From assembly GCA_964345775.1 (NCBI GenBank), contig CAYFSO010000001.1, forward strand, positions 11,488 through 75,487: 64,000 nt of DNA, in the 5' to 3' direction. This DNA comes from an uncultured Leptospiraceae bacterium (GTDB taxonomy: Bacteria; Spirochaetota; UBA4802; UB4802). Every line of letters begins with the position of its first letter. Positions within the stretch are counted from its first letter, which is position 1. The notes beneath the pieces were generated by a model. The model searched no databases. It was not told where the DNA came from and saw nothing but the letters and a program-made list of their open reading frames with translations. Both the position numbers and the translations under genes were made by a program. Below, piece by piece: positions 19,758 through 29,486 of this stretch.

Positions 19758-20046
19758 TGACTTCACTCCTCGTGCCAATAGAACTGGAAACATTGCCACG
19801 CGCACAACCTGGCAGGGATCCAGGCAAAAAATTTTGATGACCAGAAAAGCAAGCATATATCAAAAGGTTGTTTATTTGTAAATAATATTTTGAAAAACAC
19901 CTTCCATGATCATTTTTTTCAAACATAACAGTGAAATGTATTTGACAGAAAGTGACTATTTTAAAAAATACTTGACTGCCCTCTTCAAGGGATAAGAAAC
20001 TGGAAAACCGCCAAATAAGACATGCGAACTACGCAAGGAGCGTTAA

Positions 20047-20325
20047 ATGGTAAAAGAAAAGTTATTCTGCGCAAATTGCCTCAACTGTATCGTCATTCGA
20101 CAATACGAATCCGAACCTGACAGGTATGTACTGAGAGTGCGATGCCTCAAGAAAAAATGGGTAAAACGGTCAGGAGAAGAAAAGCTTTACAAGTACTTTA
20201 CAGTTGCCAGGCGTATAATGGAAGATTGTGATGGTTACGCAGAAGCGGGAGAATTATATCCTTACATCAAGAACCTGAGAAAAGAACTACCCATCAAGGA
20301 CGAAATATACTCGACCAGGGAATAA
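20047..20325 (+). CDS. Small 92-aa Cys-containing protein (CxxCxxC plus two further Cys) placed first in the rnf operon.
   Basis: An AGGAG RBS lies 7 nt upstream. The N-terminus reads FCANCLNC and further Cys occur at about positions 33 and 61. The stop lies 3 nt before the rnfC start. Confidence 0.55.
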   Translation: MVKEKLFCANCLNCIVIRQYESEPDRYVLRVRCLKKKWVKRSGEEKLYKYFTVARRIMEDCDGYAEAGELYPYIKNLRKELPIKDEIYSTRE

Positions 20326-20328
20326 TTC

Positions 20329-21651
20329 ATGTTGTTAACCACATTCAGAGGCGGCATCCATCCTCCCGGACACAAGGAACTGAGCAGGGATAAGGCTTTT
20401 ACCAATCTTTCAGTTCCTCACAGGTGCTATATTCCCCTGCAGCAGCATATTGGAAAGCCAGCAGTTCCCCTTGTTGAAGTAGATGATATAGTCGAAGAGG
20501 GCCAGATGATAGGAAGGGCCGATGGCTTTATAAGTGCCAACGTGCATGCCTCCATTCCCGGAAAAGTAGTAGAAATTGCCGAGTACCCAACCGTATACTC
20601 TGAACATGGGAAATGTGTGGTTATAGAAACCGAGGGCTCGTTCTCATCGTCAGGCCAGTTAAAAGAATCCAGGAACTGGGAAGATATCTCACCCGAAGAG
20701 CTCATGTCCCTGATTCATGATGCAGGTATCGTTGGCATGGGAGGTGCCGCGTTCCCCACGGCGGTAAAGCTTAGCCCGCCCGAACACAGGGAAATTGACA
20801 CATTCGTGATCAACGGTGCCGAATGCGAACCATACCTTAGCGTTGACGACATGCTGATGCAGACCTACCCCGACGAGATCATCGAAGGGATACGCATCGT
20901 TCTGAAGATACTGGAAATAAACCATGCCGTTATCGGCATAGAAAAGAATAAACCCAAAGCCGTAAAGTCCATCTCGCGGGCCCTTGAAAAAGGGAACTTC
21001 AACGAGTCCATTGAATTGAATGCTCTCCCCGCCAAGTACCCGCAGGGAGCAGAAAAACAGCTCATCTATACAATGCTGAAACGAGAAGTCCCTTCCGGTG
21101 AACTCCCTCTCGATGTAGGGGTAGTCGTAAATAACGTGGGAACCATTTTTGCAATACGTGAAGCAGTTATAAACGGGAAACCACTCATTGAGCGGTATCT
21201 TACCATTACAGGAAGCATTGTAAAAAATCCAGGCAACTACAAGGTGAGGATCGGCACCAGTATATCGGATGTTATCCATGAATGCGGGGGACTTACCGAC
21301 AAACCCGCGAAGATAATAATGGGTGGACCAATGTGCGGCATGGCATTGAATCATCTTGAAATATCAGTAGTTAAAGGTACATCAGGGATACTTTTTCTCG
21401 GACAGGATGAAGTGAACATTCACGAGTACAGCCCATGTATACGATGCGGCAGATGTGTTGCCGCATGTCCCATACACCTGATGCCCAACGAGCTTGGTAA
21501 TGCGGTTGAGAAGCAGCGGTACGACATTGCCGAGAGATTACATCCCTTTGACTGTATAATGTGCGGTTCATGTACATACGTGTGCCCGTCAAAACGCCCA
21601 TTGAGCCATTTCATTAAACTGGCCCAGGTAACGTTCAGCGCCAAACGCTGA
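20329..21651 (+). CDS. rnfC: Rnf electron transport complex subunit C.
   Basis: N-terminus MLLTTFRGGIHPPGHKELS. It has an NADH/FMN-binding core and two 4Fe-4S motifs, CIRCGRCVAACP and CIMCGSCTYVCP. Confidence 0.9.
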   Translation: MLLTTFRGGIHPPGHKELSRDKAFTNLSVPHRCYIPLQQHIGKPAVPLVEVDDIVEEGQMIGRADGFISANVHASIPGKVVEIAEYPTVYSEHGKCVVIETEGSFSSSGQLKESRNWEDISPEELMSLIHDAGIVGMGGAAFPTAVKLSPPEHREIDTFVINGAECEPYLSVDDMLMQTYPDEIIEGIRIVLKILEINHAVIGIEKNKPKAVKSISRALEKGNFNESIELNALPAKYPQGAEKQLIYTMLKREVPSGELPLDVGVVVNNVGTIFAIREAVINGKPLIERYLTITGSIVKNPGNYKVRIGTSISDVIHECGGLTDKPAKIIMGGPMCGMALNHLEISVVKGTSGILFLGQDEVNIHEYSPCIRCGRCVAACPIHLMPNELGNAVEKQRYDIAERLHPFDCIMCGSCTYVCPSKRPLSHFIKLAQVTFSAKR

Positions 21652-21689
21652 TATTATCACCACAGAATACACAAGGAACCGGTACTATC

Positions 21690-22769
21690 ATGGCTGACGA
21701 AAAAAGGTTACAGGAAGATCTTGTACTCTCGAATCCTCCACATATTCGATCAAAGGATTCCCTCGGGAAAGTTATGTGGCTGGTGGTCATATCTCTTTTG
21801 CCTGCAACCATTAACTCGGTTTACCTGTTTGGCCTGCAGGTAGTGGTCCTGATCGGCACCGCCATTCTGTCGGCGGTTCTTGCTGAAGCGGTGTTCCAGT
21901 TTCTCATGAAAAAGGAAATTACCGCACTGGATGGATCGGCTGTTATTACCGGTCTTTTACTGGCAATGAACGTTCCTCCACATGCACCGGCATGGATGGT
22001 GGGTATTGGCTCCGCGTTTGCGATTATTATTGCCAAGCAGTTGTTCGGAGGCACCGGCTTCAATATTTTCAACCCGGCCCTTGCAGGCAGGGCCTTCCTT
22101 ATGGCATCATGGCCGGTTGAAATGACTACCATGTGGCACCCCTTCACGTCCGGCAATGTATTGTCATCTACGCTGCCACAGGCACATGGACTCCCGCAAA
22201 AAGCCGTGGACACCATCTCTTCGGCAACCCCGCTGGGAGTATTGAAAGAAGGTCCGGGCATGGTAAAGGAATTCAACGTTATGCCTGAACAGCTGCATGA
22301 GTTTCTTTTTTCCAATACGATGATGAAGTCACTTTTCATGGGGAATATAGGGGGGTGTATTGGCGAGACTTCAGCCATCTTCATTCTTTTAGGAGCACTT
22401 TTTCTACTTTACAGGAAAATTATCACCTGGCATATACCCGTATCATATATAGGGACGGTAGCTGTCATCATGCTGACATACTACCTGCTGAGCGGCTCCG
22501 ACATGCCGTACAGGGCCACCCTCTTTCACCTGTTATCCGGTGGATTGATGCTTGGTGCATTCTACATGGCCACCGATATGGTCACATCTCCTGTCACTGC
22601 CAGGGGAATGCTGATTTTCGGTATCGGCTGTGGTATCATCACGTCTGTTATACGGCTGTGGGGAGGGTACCCTGAAGGCGTATCATATTCCATATTATTG
22701 ATGAATGCCGCCGTTCCGCTGATTGACAGGTTGACAAGGCCAACAGTATTCGGTACAGAAAAAACATGA
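21690..22769 (+). CDS. rnfD: Rnf complex subunit D.
   Basis: Polytopic membrane protein carrying the conserved FNIFNPALAGRAFL and SSATPLG motifs. Confidence 0.9.
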   Translation: MADEKRLQEDLVLSNPPHIRSKDSLGKVMWLVVISLLPATINSVYLFGLQVVVLIGTAILSAVLAEAVFQFLMKKEITALDGSAVITGLLLAMNVPPHAPAWMVGIGSAFAIIIAKQLFGGTGFNIFNPALAGRAFLMASWPVEMTTMWHPFTSGNVLSSTLPQAHGLPQKAVDTISSATPLGVLKEGPGMVKEFNVMPEQLHEFLFSNTMMKSLFMGNIGGCIGETSAIFILLGALFLLYRKIITWHIPVSYIGTVAVIMLTYYLLSGSDMPYRATLFHLLSGGLMLGAFYMATDMVTSPVTARGMLIFGIGCGIITSVIRLWGGYPEGVSYSILLMNAAVPLIDRLTRPTVFGTEKT

Positions 22770-22797
22770 TCCAGGAATCCCAATATCGGAGAATATA

Positions 22798-23511
22798 ATG
22801 ACGACCAGGGAAATAATAAAGGGCACAATCATAATTGCCATCATCGCGTTCATAGCGGCTTTTTCGCTTTCCCATATCAATAATATTACAAGCCCGGCAA
22901 TTAAGGCGCAGCAGAAGGAAAAGGAAGAAAGTGCTCTTTCTGTGGTGCTTCCGGGGTATACAATACAGGAAAAAAGATCAACCTCCATTGATGGCGAAGA
23001 TTTTACGTACTGGACTGCGCAGAAAAAGGGAAACGGCCAGACTCTAAAAGCTTTTGCGTTTATCACAAGTCATCCAGGGTATTCAGGTGATATCAGGATG
23101 ATGGTTGGCATAAACAGTAAAAACCAGATCCTGGGACTTTCCATTCTTTCGCAGACAGAAACCCCGGGGCTGGGCGCACGATGCACCGAAATTGCCACCA
23201 CTGAAACATTTTTCGGGCATATACTCGGCACGTCCGTTGATGAAAATAAAGCACCTGGCACCGATGAACCCGCGCGTCCATGGTTCCAGAAACAATTCAA
23301 AGGCCTTGACGCAGAAGAAAAGATCGAGATCGTAAAGAAGGGCGACTGGCAGCCCTCGATGAGGGAGGAACTGCGAAAAAAGAACGCGGTAACCACCATC
23401 ACCGGGGCCACGGTAACCACCAGGGCAGTACGTGACGGCATCAAGGAAGGGATTGAAAACCTGCACAGGGCGCGCAAAAAACCTGAAAACGGGAGGGTTG
23501 ACGCAAAATGA
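22798..23511 (+). CDS. rnfG: Rnf complex subunit G, FMN-binding.
   Basis: N-terminal TM segment. The FMN-attachment region GATVTTRAV is present. Confidence 0.85.
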   Translation: MTTREIIKGTIIIAIIAFIAAFSLSHINNITSPAIKAQQKEKEESALSVVLPGYTIQEKRSTSIDGEDFTYWTAQKKGNGQTLKAFAFITSHPGYSGDIRMMVGINSKNQILGLSILSQTETPGLGARCTEIATTETFFGHILGTSVDENKAPGTDEPARPWFQKQFKGLDAEEKIEIVKKGDWQPSMREELRKKNAVTTITGATVTTRAVRDGIKEGIENLHRARKKPENGRVDAK

Positions 23512-24101
23512 GTTATCTCAATGATTTTATGAAAGGACTCTGGGAGAAGAACCCTATTCTCGTACTTGGTATAGGTCTCTGCCCCACCCTGGCGGTAACC
23601 ACGTCGGTATCAAACGCACTCTGGATGACCCTTGCAACCTCGTTTGTAATGGTCAGCTCAAATATTCTCGTGTCCATTATCCGGAAAGTCGTTCCGCCCC
23701 ATATACGTATTCCCATATTCATTACCATCATAGCAAGTTTCGTTATCATCGTGGAGCTTACACTCAAAGCATTTCAGCCTGATGTATACAAGGCACTGGG
23801 GATATTCATCCCCCTCATTGTTGTCAACTGTATGATACTTGGCAGAGCCGAGGAATTTGCATCAAAGAATACGCTGGGCAGGTCAATACTTGACGGACTT
23901 GGTATGGGAGCGGGTTTCGGCTTTACCCTGGTTATCCTTGCGTTCTTTCGTGAGACACTTGGGGCAAACAAGCTCTTTGGCCTTACCCTCATCCCCGGCA
24001 TAAAACCTGCCACCATGATGATACTGCCACCCGGGGCTTTTATAACACTTGGCCTCATGCTCTGGGCCATGAACGCCATCAAGTCAAAGACCAGGGGGTA
24101 A
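23508..24101 (+). CDS. rnfE: Rnf complex subunit E.
   Basis: MSYLNDFMKGLWEKNPILVLGIGLCPTLAVT is typical of RnfE/NqrD. Its start overlaps the rnfG stop by 4 nt. Confidence 0.9.
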   Translation: MSYLNDFMKGLWEKNPILVLGIGLCPTLAVTTSVSNALWMTLATSFVMVSSNILVSIIRKVVPPHIRIPIFITIIASFVIIVELTLKAFQPDVYKALGIFIPLIVVNCMILGRAEEFASKNTLGRSILDGLGMGAGFGFTLVILAFFRETLGANKLFGLTLIPGIKPATMMILPPGAFITLGLMLWAMNAIKSKTRG

Positions 24102-24103
24102 CC

Positions 24104-24703
24104 ATGGAGATCAAGGTACTTTTTGCCATACTTATAAGCACCATATTCGTTAACAACTACGTGCTCTCCCAGATGCTGGGATTGTGTCCTTTTCTTGGCG
24201 TTTCCAAGAGACTTGATTCTGCCATAGGCATGGGAATGGCCGTCATATTCGTTATGACCATGGCCTCCTTTTTCACGTATTTTATTTACAAGTTTGTCCT
24301 GGTTCCGTACAACATAACTTACCTCAGGACCATTGCCTTTATCATAGTCATAGCCTCACTTGTTCAGCTGGTGGAAATGGTCATAGAAAAGGTGTCCCCA
24401 TCCCTCTACCAGGCACTTGGTATTTTTCTTCCGCTGATAACTACCAACTGTGCCGTAATGGGTGTGGCGGTTTTGAACATTGATTCTGGATTCATCACGG
24501 CCAATATGGGCCTTTTGAAAACAGTGGTACAGGGACTTGGAGCGGGACTGGGCTTTACGCTGGCACTTCTGCTGCTGGCAGGCATACGTGAACGGCTCGA
24601 ACTGGCCGATATCCCTGAAAACATGAGGGGGCTCCCCATTACGTTCATTATTGCCGGACTGCTGGCCATGGCATTCTTAGGTTTTTCTGGAATGCAGATA
24701 TAA
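24104..24703 (+). CDS. rnfA: Rnf complex subunit A.
   Basis: IFVNNYVLSQMLGLCPFLGVSKRLDSAIGMG is typical of RnfA/NqrE. Confidence 0.9.
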   Translation: MEIKVLFAILISTIFVNNYVLSQMLGLCPFLGVSKRLDSAIGMGMAVIFVMTMASFFTYFIYKFVLVPYNITYLRTIAFIIVIASLVQLVEMVIEKVSPSLYQALGIFLPLITTNCAVMGVAVLNIDSGFITANMGLLKTVVQGLGAGLGFTLALLLLAGIRERLELADIPENMRGLPITFIIAGLLAMAFLGFSGMQI

Positions 24704-24725
24704 AATACTCGTACAGGACATATTA

Positions 24726-25361
24726 ATGGAACACAAGGAACCCGTAGTTACATTGCTGGCCATAACACCGGGGGCGGAAAAACTGATCGAGGAAGCAGGA
24801 AGAACCTGTTACCTGTCACTGGACCGTATTACCGACGAAAGCGAGAAAAACTTTATTCGCAAATGCATAAAGAACGGTCACCATTCCATACTGGAACACG
24901 CTTCAGCCAGTTTCAGGATACAGGGCGCTTCGCGGGCATTTACCCATCAACTGGTTCGCCACAGGGTTGCCAGTTTTTCTCAGCAGTCCCAGCGATATGT
25001 TAACGAATCAGAATTTAATTACGTAATACCTCCCGATATACTTGAGAATGATGAGGCAGCCCGCGTGTACAGGGAATTCATAGAACAATCCCGCAGGGCA
25101 TACAACAGCCTCAGGGAAGCCGGCATCAAGAAAGAAGACGCCCGTTTCGTTCTTCCCAATGCACTTGAAAGCCAGATAGTTTTCAGTGCCAATTTCAGGG
25201 AACTCAGGCACGTTTTTTCCCTCAGGCTGGAGAGGTTTGCACAGTGGGAAATACGCAGGGTGAGTGTTCAAATGCTGAAGTTACTTCAGGAAGAAGTCCC
25301 TTCCGTGTTCGGCGATTACATCATCGACGAAACGAACTGGACGGCAAAGTCTTCGTTGTAA
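24726..25361 (+). CDS. thyX: FAD-dependent thymidylate synthase ThyX.
   Basis: The ThyX signature RHR-x7-S-x-R appears as LVRHRVASFSQQSQRY. It also has SILEH and the N-terminus ITPGAEKLIEEAGRTCY. Confidence 0.85.
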   Translation: MEHKEPVVTLLAITPGAEKLIEEAGRTCYLSLDRITDESEKNFIRKCIKNGHHSILEHASASFRIQGASRAFTHQLVRHRVASFSQQSQRYVNESEFNYVIPPDILENDEAARVYREFIEQSRRAYNSLREAGIKKEDARFVLPNALESQIVFSANFRELRHVFSLRLERFAQWEIRRVSVQMLKLLQEEVPSVFGDYIIDETNWTAKSSL

Positions 25362-25377
25362 GCTATACCGTACCGGC

Positions 25378-27264
25378 TTAAACAACGATGTCCGCATGTA
25401 ACGGGCTGAAAACGTATTGCATCACACCTTCCTCGAATGAACGGGTATATTCCACGCCAGCCTTTTCGAACACCCTTTTCATGCTGTCATTTTGCGGCAG
25501 TACGTTTGCTGTCATCTTTTCTATTCCACGCTCACGCCCAATCTTTAGCAGGTACTTCACGAGAAAGGTCGCTATACCATATCCCTGGTATTCCTCGTCA
25601 ACGATGAATGCCATTTCATATCCCTTTTCCCTTTCATCATAAGCGTACCTCGCTTCGGCGATAATACGTTCTATATCCCCGTGCTGAACGATACCCACTA
25701 TGGCAAGAGTATCATCGTAATCTATATTCACGTACTGCTGCATCTGCTTATGAGGCATTATACGTATCCTGGCAAAATACCTCAGGTACTTTGACTCATC
25801 GGAAAAGATGTAAAACAGGCGGCGCATCATGTCTTCATCAGAAGGCTTGACAGGCCTGAATTTCACTTCCAGTCCATCCCTGAACGTTTTTACTGTTTCG
25901 AGGGAGACCGGGTATTCCATTGCATGTTGCATGAGGTACATCTGGTCCTGGTACACATACCCGGCTTTTTTTGCCTCTTCCAGCAACCGTTCGCGATGAT
26001 TGGGGTGGGCAACATCGATCATGGCAAGGGCCCGTTCCCGTATTGACTTGCCAAACAGGTTGGCAACACCGTACTCGGTAATGACATAACGGGTAACACC
26101 CAGCATGGAACGCATCTGTTCAAAAGATTCAGGCGGACGTATCACAATATTGCTGTTCCCGTTCTGGTCAAGAGACCTCAGGGCCACAATAGCCTTCCCT
26201 CCCCGTGAAAATGCAGCCCCCACGGCAAAATTGAGCTTACTTTCATATCCCGATACCAGGTTATCACCGGAATGGAAGACTACCGACTCACCGGAAAGAT
26301 CGATTTTCTTCACGTTCATCACGCTTGTAAGCCGTGGTATCCTGTATAGCGAAGTGGGGAAAGTAAGGCGGTTGAGAGGCATAAAGTCGAACATGGGATT
26401 TCGGCTTACGTAATCATACAGCTCCCTGGAGCCATAACAGTAGCTGGTAGAAACAGGACTGATATTCCTCATACCCCTTTCCATGGATATCACACCCGAT
26501 TCAACCAGGTCGATAACCCAGTCTGAAATAATATGACTGTACACCTTAAGGTTTTTCCTGGTTTTCAGGTGGGCCGCAACCGAATCGAACATTCGTCCCA
26601 CGTGCAGGGCAACCGTTGAACCATCATCAATAAGATTTGATATATGCCACCCGATCCGATCGATTATCTCGTCATATCGTTTTGGTTTTCTTTCCAGCAA
26701 TGGAACATCACTTTCGATGATATGATCCACCTGGTCAATATGTATAGAAGTCTCCCCGTACGTCACTGGTACATACGGGTTCACCTCGGCGATCACAACC
26801 GAAGCGTTTTTTATGGCAATATTAGCCACGTCAATGGCAATGCCAAGACTCATGAATCCCCGGTGATCCGGAGGAGAAACCTGTACAATGGCAACGTCTA
26901 CCCCTATTGCACCCGAAGAAAAGATAAAGGGGATCTCGACCAGGTGTGCGGGTATAAAGTCTACTTTGCCCTGTTCCACGTCCCTGGTAATACTTTCCCC
27001 CACATTAAAGGTTCTCAACCGGTACTTGTAAGAACTGGGATCATCACCACTCAGGTAATCCCCCATGGTGATAAGTTGAATTATTTCAAGGTCCTGCAGG
27101 CCGGGATGATCCGATTTGAGTATGCCGTTAACTGTTTTAACTGGTGTAGCAGGGCCACTGCTGAGGAATATCCTGTTACCGGGATTAATAATAGCCGGTA
27201 ACGAATCAATAATTATCTTTTTATCATTATAAATGTCACGGATGTCTTTTCGGTTATTTCTCAT
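25378..27264 (-). CDS. Fusion of an acetyl-CoA hydrolase/transferase-family domain to a GNAT N-acetyltransferase.
   Basis: The N-terminal 430 aa carry CoA-transferase family motifs (VAIVQVSPPDHRGFMSLGIAIDVANIAIKNASVVIAEVNPYVP and SGESVVFHSGDNLVSGYESKLNFAVGAA). The C-terminal GNAT fold reads EYQGYGIATFLVKYLLKIGRERG. Confidence 0.75.
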   Translation of the reverse strand: MRNNRKDIRDIYNDKKIIIDSLPAIINPGNRIFLSSGPATPVKTVNGILKSDHPGLQDLEIIQLITMGDYLSGDDPSSYKYRLRTFNVGESITRDVEQGKVDFIPAHLVEIPFIFSSGAIGVDVAIVQVSPPDHRGFMSLGIAIDVANIAIKNASVVIAEVNPYVPVTYGETSIHIDQVDHIIESDVPLLERKPKRYDEIIDRIGWHISNLIDDGSTVALHVGRMFDSVAAHLKTRKNLKVYSHIISDWVIDLVESGVISMERGMRNISPVSTSYCYGSRELYDYVSRNPMFDFMPLNRLTFPTSLYRIPRLTSVMNVKKIDLSGESVVFHSGDNLVSGYESKLNFAVGAAFSRGGKAIVALRSLDQNGNSNIVIRPPESFEQMRSMLGVTRYVITEYGVANLFGKSIRERALAMIDVAHPNHRERLLEEAKKAGYVYQDQMYLMQHAMEYPVSLETVKTFRDGLEVKFRPVKPSDEDMMRRLFYIFSDESKYLRYFARIRIMPHKQMQQYVNIDYDDTLAIVGIVQHGDIERIIAEARYAYDEREKGYEMAFIVDEEYQGYGIATFLVKYLLKIGRERGIEKMTANVLPQNDSMKRVFEKAGVEYTRSFEEGVMQYVFSPLHADIVV

Positions 27265-27355
27265 TGCCTGTCACGTGATATCGATATAAGAAGAACATCA
27301 CCCGTAATAACAGGAGCGGGATACGAAACACCATACCCCGCTCTTAAGTATAATT

Positions 27356-28060
27356 CTATCTTTCTACATATTTACCATTATTCTCGTGGGCAAGTTCTTC
27401 CATGAAAGCTTCATCCTTGTCATCACCCAGGCCAATTGAATATATTGAAACCTTTCCAGCGCTGTTCAGCTTGTCCACGTTTTTAATAATGGCGGCAGGA
27501 CGTGCGTCAGAAGGATGTCCATCCGAAAGAAAGAATATTATATCGGCACCATCTACCGAAAAGGAACGTTTAAGGCCTGCCATGGCATTTGTGCCGCCTG
27601 AGGCTGAAAGTTTTTTTACATATGCCATGGCAAGGCTTTTGTTCTTATCCGTGGCCGGAACCAGCATGGTTTTCCACATGTCAACCTTGCTGGAAAACGT
27701 TATAACCGTAAAATTCGTTGCAGGCTGCAGCCCCCTGATGGCAGGCAGAAGCTCACGCTTTGCGCTTGCCAGCTTGGTAGACTCCTTTTTCACCTGCCCC
27801 GAAACAAGGCCGCCCACCTTGCCACCGATCATATCGCCAACCTTGTCACCGGCTCTGCCCATAGCCTCAGCCCTGAGCTTATCGGTAACATTACCTTCGT
27901 TCTTACCTTCCATACTCCCCGAGATATCCACGAGAAAAATAATATTCTTGTCAAGGGTATTGACACCATAATACGTGTCAGACTTTGCAAACATGTAACA
28001 ACCTGTAAAAGCGAATACAACAAATAACGAAACCACCAATACCATTATTCTGGTTTTCAT
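27356..28060 (-). CDS. vWA-domain lipoprotein.
   Basis: Lipoprotein signal MKTRIMVLVVSLFVVFAFTGC. MIDAS motif DISGSMEG is followed downstream by SASGGT. A GGAGGA RBS is present. Confidence 0.8.
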   Translation of the reverse strand: MKTRIMVLVVSLFVVFAFTGCYMFAKSDTYYGVNTLDKNIIFLVDISGSMEGKNEGNVTDKLRAEAMGRAGDKVGDMIGGKVGGLVSGQVKKESTKLASAKRELLPAIRGLQPATNFTVITFSSKVDMWKTMLVPATDKNKSLAMAYVKKLSASGGTNAMAGLKRSFSVDGADIIFFLSDGHPSDARPAAIIKNVDKLNSAGKVSIYSIGLGDDKDEAFMEELAHENNGKYVER

Positions 28061-28203
28061 ACTTTCCTCCGGTTTTTAGGAAATATTATTGTAAGTCAAC
28101 ATTGACGGTACAGCCACATTGGTACTTATTTATCGCAATACGTCAAAACTTTTTTTATTTACTCCAGGTTGACCGGTATTTTTACAGTTAATATATTATA
28201 TGC

Positions 28204-28539
28204 ATGTCAAAAAAGGAATTCATACATCCCCCGTTGAACAGTGTTATTGAATCGATTTCCGGACATTATGAATACGTCAACGAATCTATTTTAGATACCG
28301 GAGAAAAAAAACTATTATACTATACGGGTTATTCTGTTACAGACAGGAGTTGTTGTGGAACCGGTGGATGTATTTTCATCTCGATCCCCGGATACGTTAT
28401 TAACCTGCGACATACTCATAAAACCGACGGAAGCTGCATATCTACTGTAGAGCCCATCGTTGACGATAAAGAGAGAACTCGCATTCGTCATTTGCTGAAA
28501 GGTGAGGTATACCATCACCAGGTTATTTTCATTGAATAA
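28204..28539 (+). CDS. Hypothetical 111-aa protein with a CCGTGGC motif.
   Basis: The ORF is intact but has no clear RBS and no recognisable domain. Confidence 0.35.
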   Translation: MSKKEFIHPPLNSVIESISGHYEYVNESILDTGEKKLLYYTGYSVTDRSCCGTGGCIFISIPGYVINLRHTHKTDGSCISTVEPIVDDKERTRIRHLLKGEVYHHQVIFIE

Positions 28540-28543
28540 CGCC

Positions 28544-28930
28544 TCATGGTTTCAGGTATCGAAAATGATTAACGGCTTCAACTTCGGTATTAAAAAACTT
28601 TATGAATTTCTCCAGGTTGATCACATCAAGAACTACCTTTACACTCTCCTTCACGTTTGATATAACCAGGTCGCCTTCTTCCTTTCTCAGCATTTTTGCC
28701 GTATTTATCAGGATCCCTATCCCCGCACTATCGATATACTCTACTTCACCCATGTTAACCACGATTTTCCTTGCACCGCCACCAACCAGCGTGTGAAAGA
28801 GTACCCAGAAATCATTGGAGGTTTCAATATCCATTTTACCGGGAAAATCCACCTTGAAGATAACGGTACTATAATCAATATCCTTCTTGTTTACCGGTGA
28901 GATGTTGATTATTTCGCAATTAATGTTCAT
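28544..28930 (-). CDS. STAS-domain anti-sigma-factor antagonist (SpoIIAA/RsbV-like).
   Basis: STAS core VVNMGEVEYIDSAGIGILI with the conserved phosphorylatable Ser in DSAG. Confidence 0.8.
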   Translation of the reverse strand: MNINCEIINISPVNKKDIDYSTVIFKVDFPGKMDIETSNDFWVLFHTLVGGGARKIVVNMGEVEYIDSAGIGILINTAKMLRKEEGDLVISNVKESVKVVLDVINLEKFIKFFNTEVEAVNHFRYLKP

Positions 28931-28999
28931 TTGTTATACCATCTATTCATCTAGTTTATTAACCTGCCCACCTGCTGGTACAGTATTCCTGGTTATCTC

Positions 29000-29374
29000 C
29001 TATATAAACTTCAAGTAATTAACGGCTTCATTTACCGATGGAAACACCTTTATAAAACGTTGAAGATTGATGGGTTTAAAGATTATCTCAATCCTCTGCG
29101 GCATATCTATGAATACAAGGTCTCCGCTCTTTGCTCTCAATAACTTGGTTATCTCTATTATGGCGCCGATACCCTGGCTGTCAATGAATTCCAGGCCATT
29201 CATATCGATTATAATTTTTTTACCGCCACCGTTTACAATGGTAAACAGGAACTGGTATACATCGTTGGTGCGATCAATATCCATGAGATCGGCGATCTCA
29301 ACCCTGAAAATGATAGTATCATAGTTAACATCTTCTACTTTCAACCTGGTCAATTCAATAATCTCAACTATCAT
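29000..29374 (-). CDS. STAS-domain anti-sigma-factor antagonist; tandem paralog of the gene at 28544..28930.
   Basis: IIDMNGLEFIDSQGIGAII with the conserved Ser in DSQG. A GAGGAAAG RBS is present. Confidence 0.8.
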   Translation of the reverse strand: MIVEIIELTRLKVEDVNYDTIIFRVEIADLMDIDRTNDVYQFLFTIVNGGGKKIIIDMNGLEFIDSQGIGAIIEITKLLRAKSGDLVFIDMPQRIEIIFKPINLQRFIKVFPSVNEAVNYLKFI

Positions 29375-29486
29375 TAATAATTCTTTCCTCGTAATTATAA
29401 TAATAACGGGTCAGTGACAATTATGCATATTATGTTCATCAATGCAATAATAATTACGCAATTAATTCCCAGGAAGTTAAAAAACG

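Noticed and set aside
20689-21354. A 221-aa ORF on the minus strand.
   Set aside because: It lies inside rnfC on the opposite strand. rnfC has unmistakable Fe-S and N-terminal motifs, so this is an antisense artifact.
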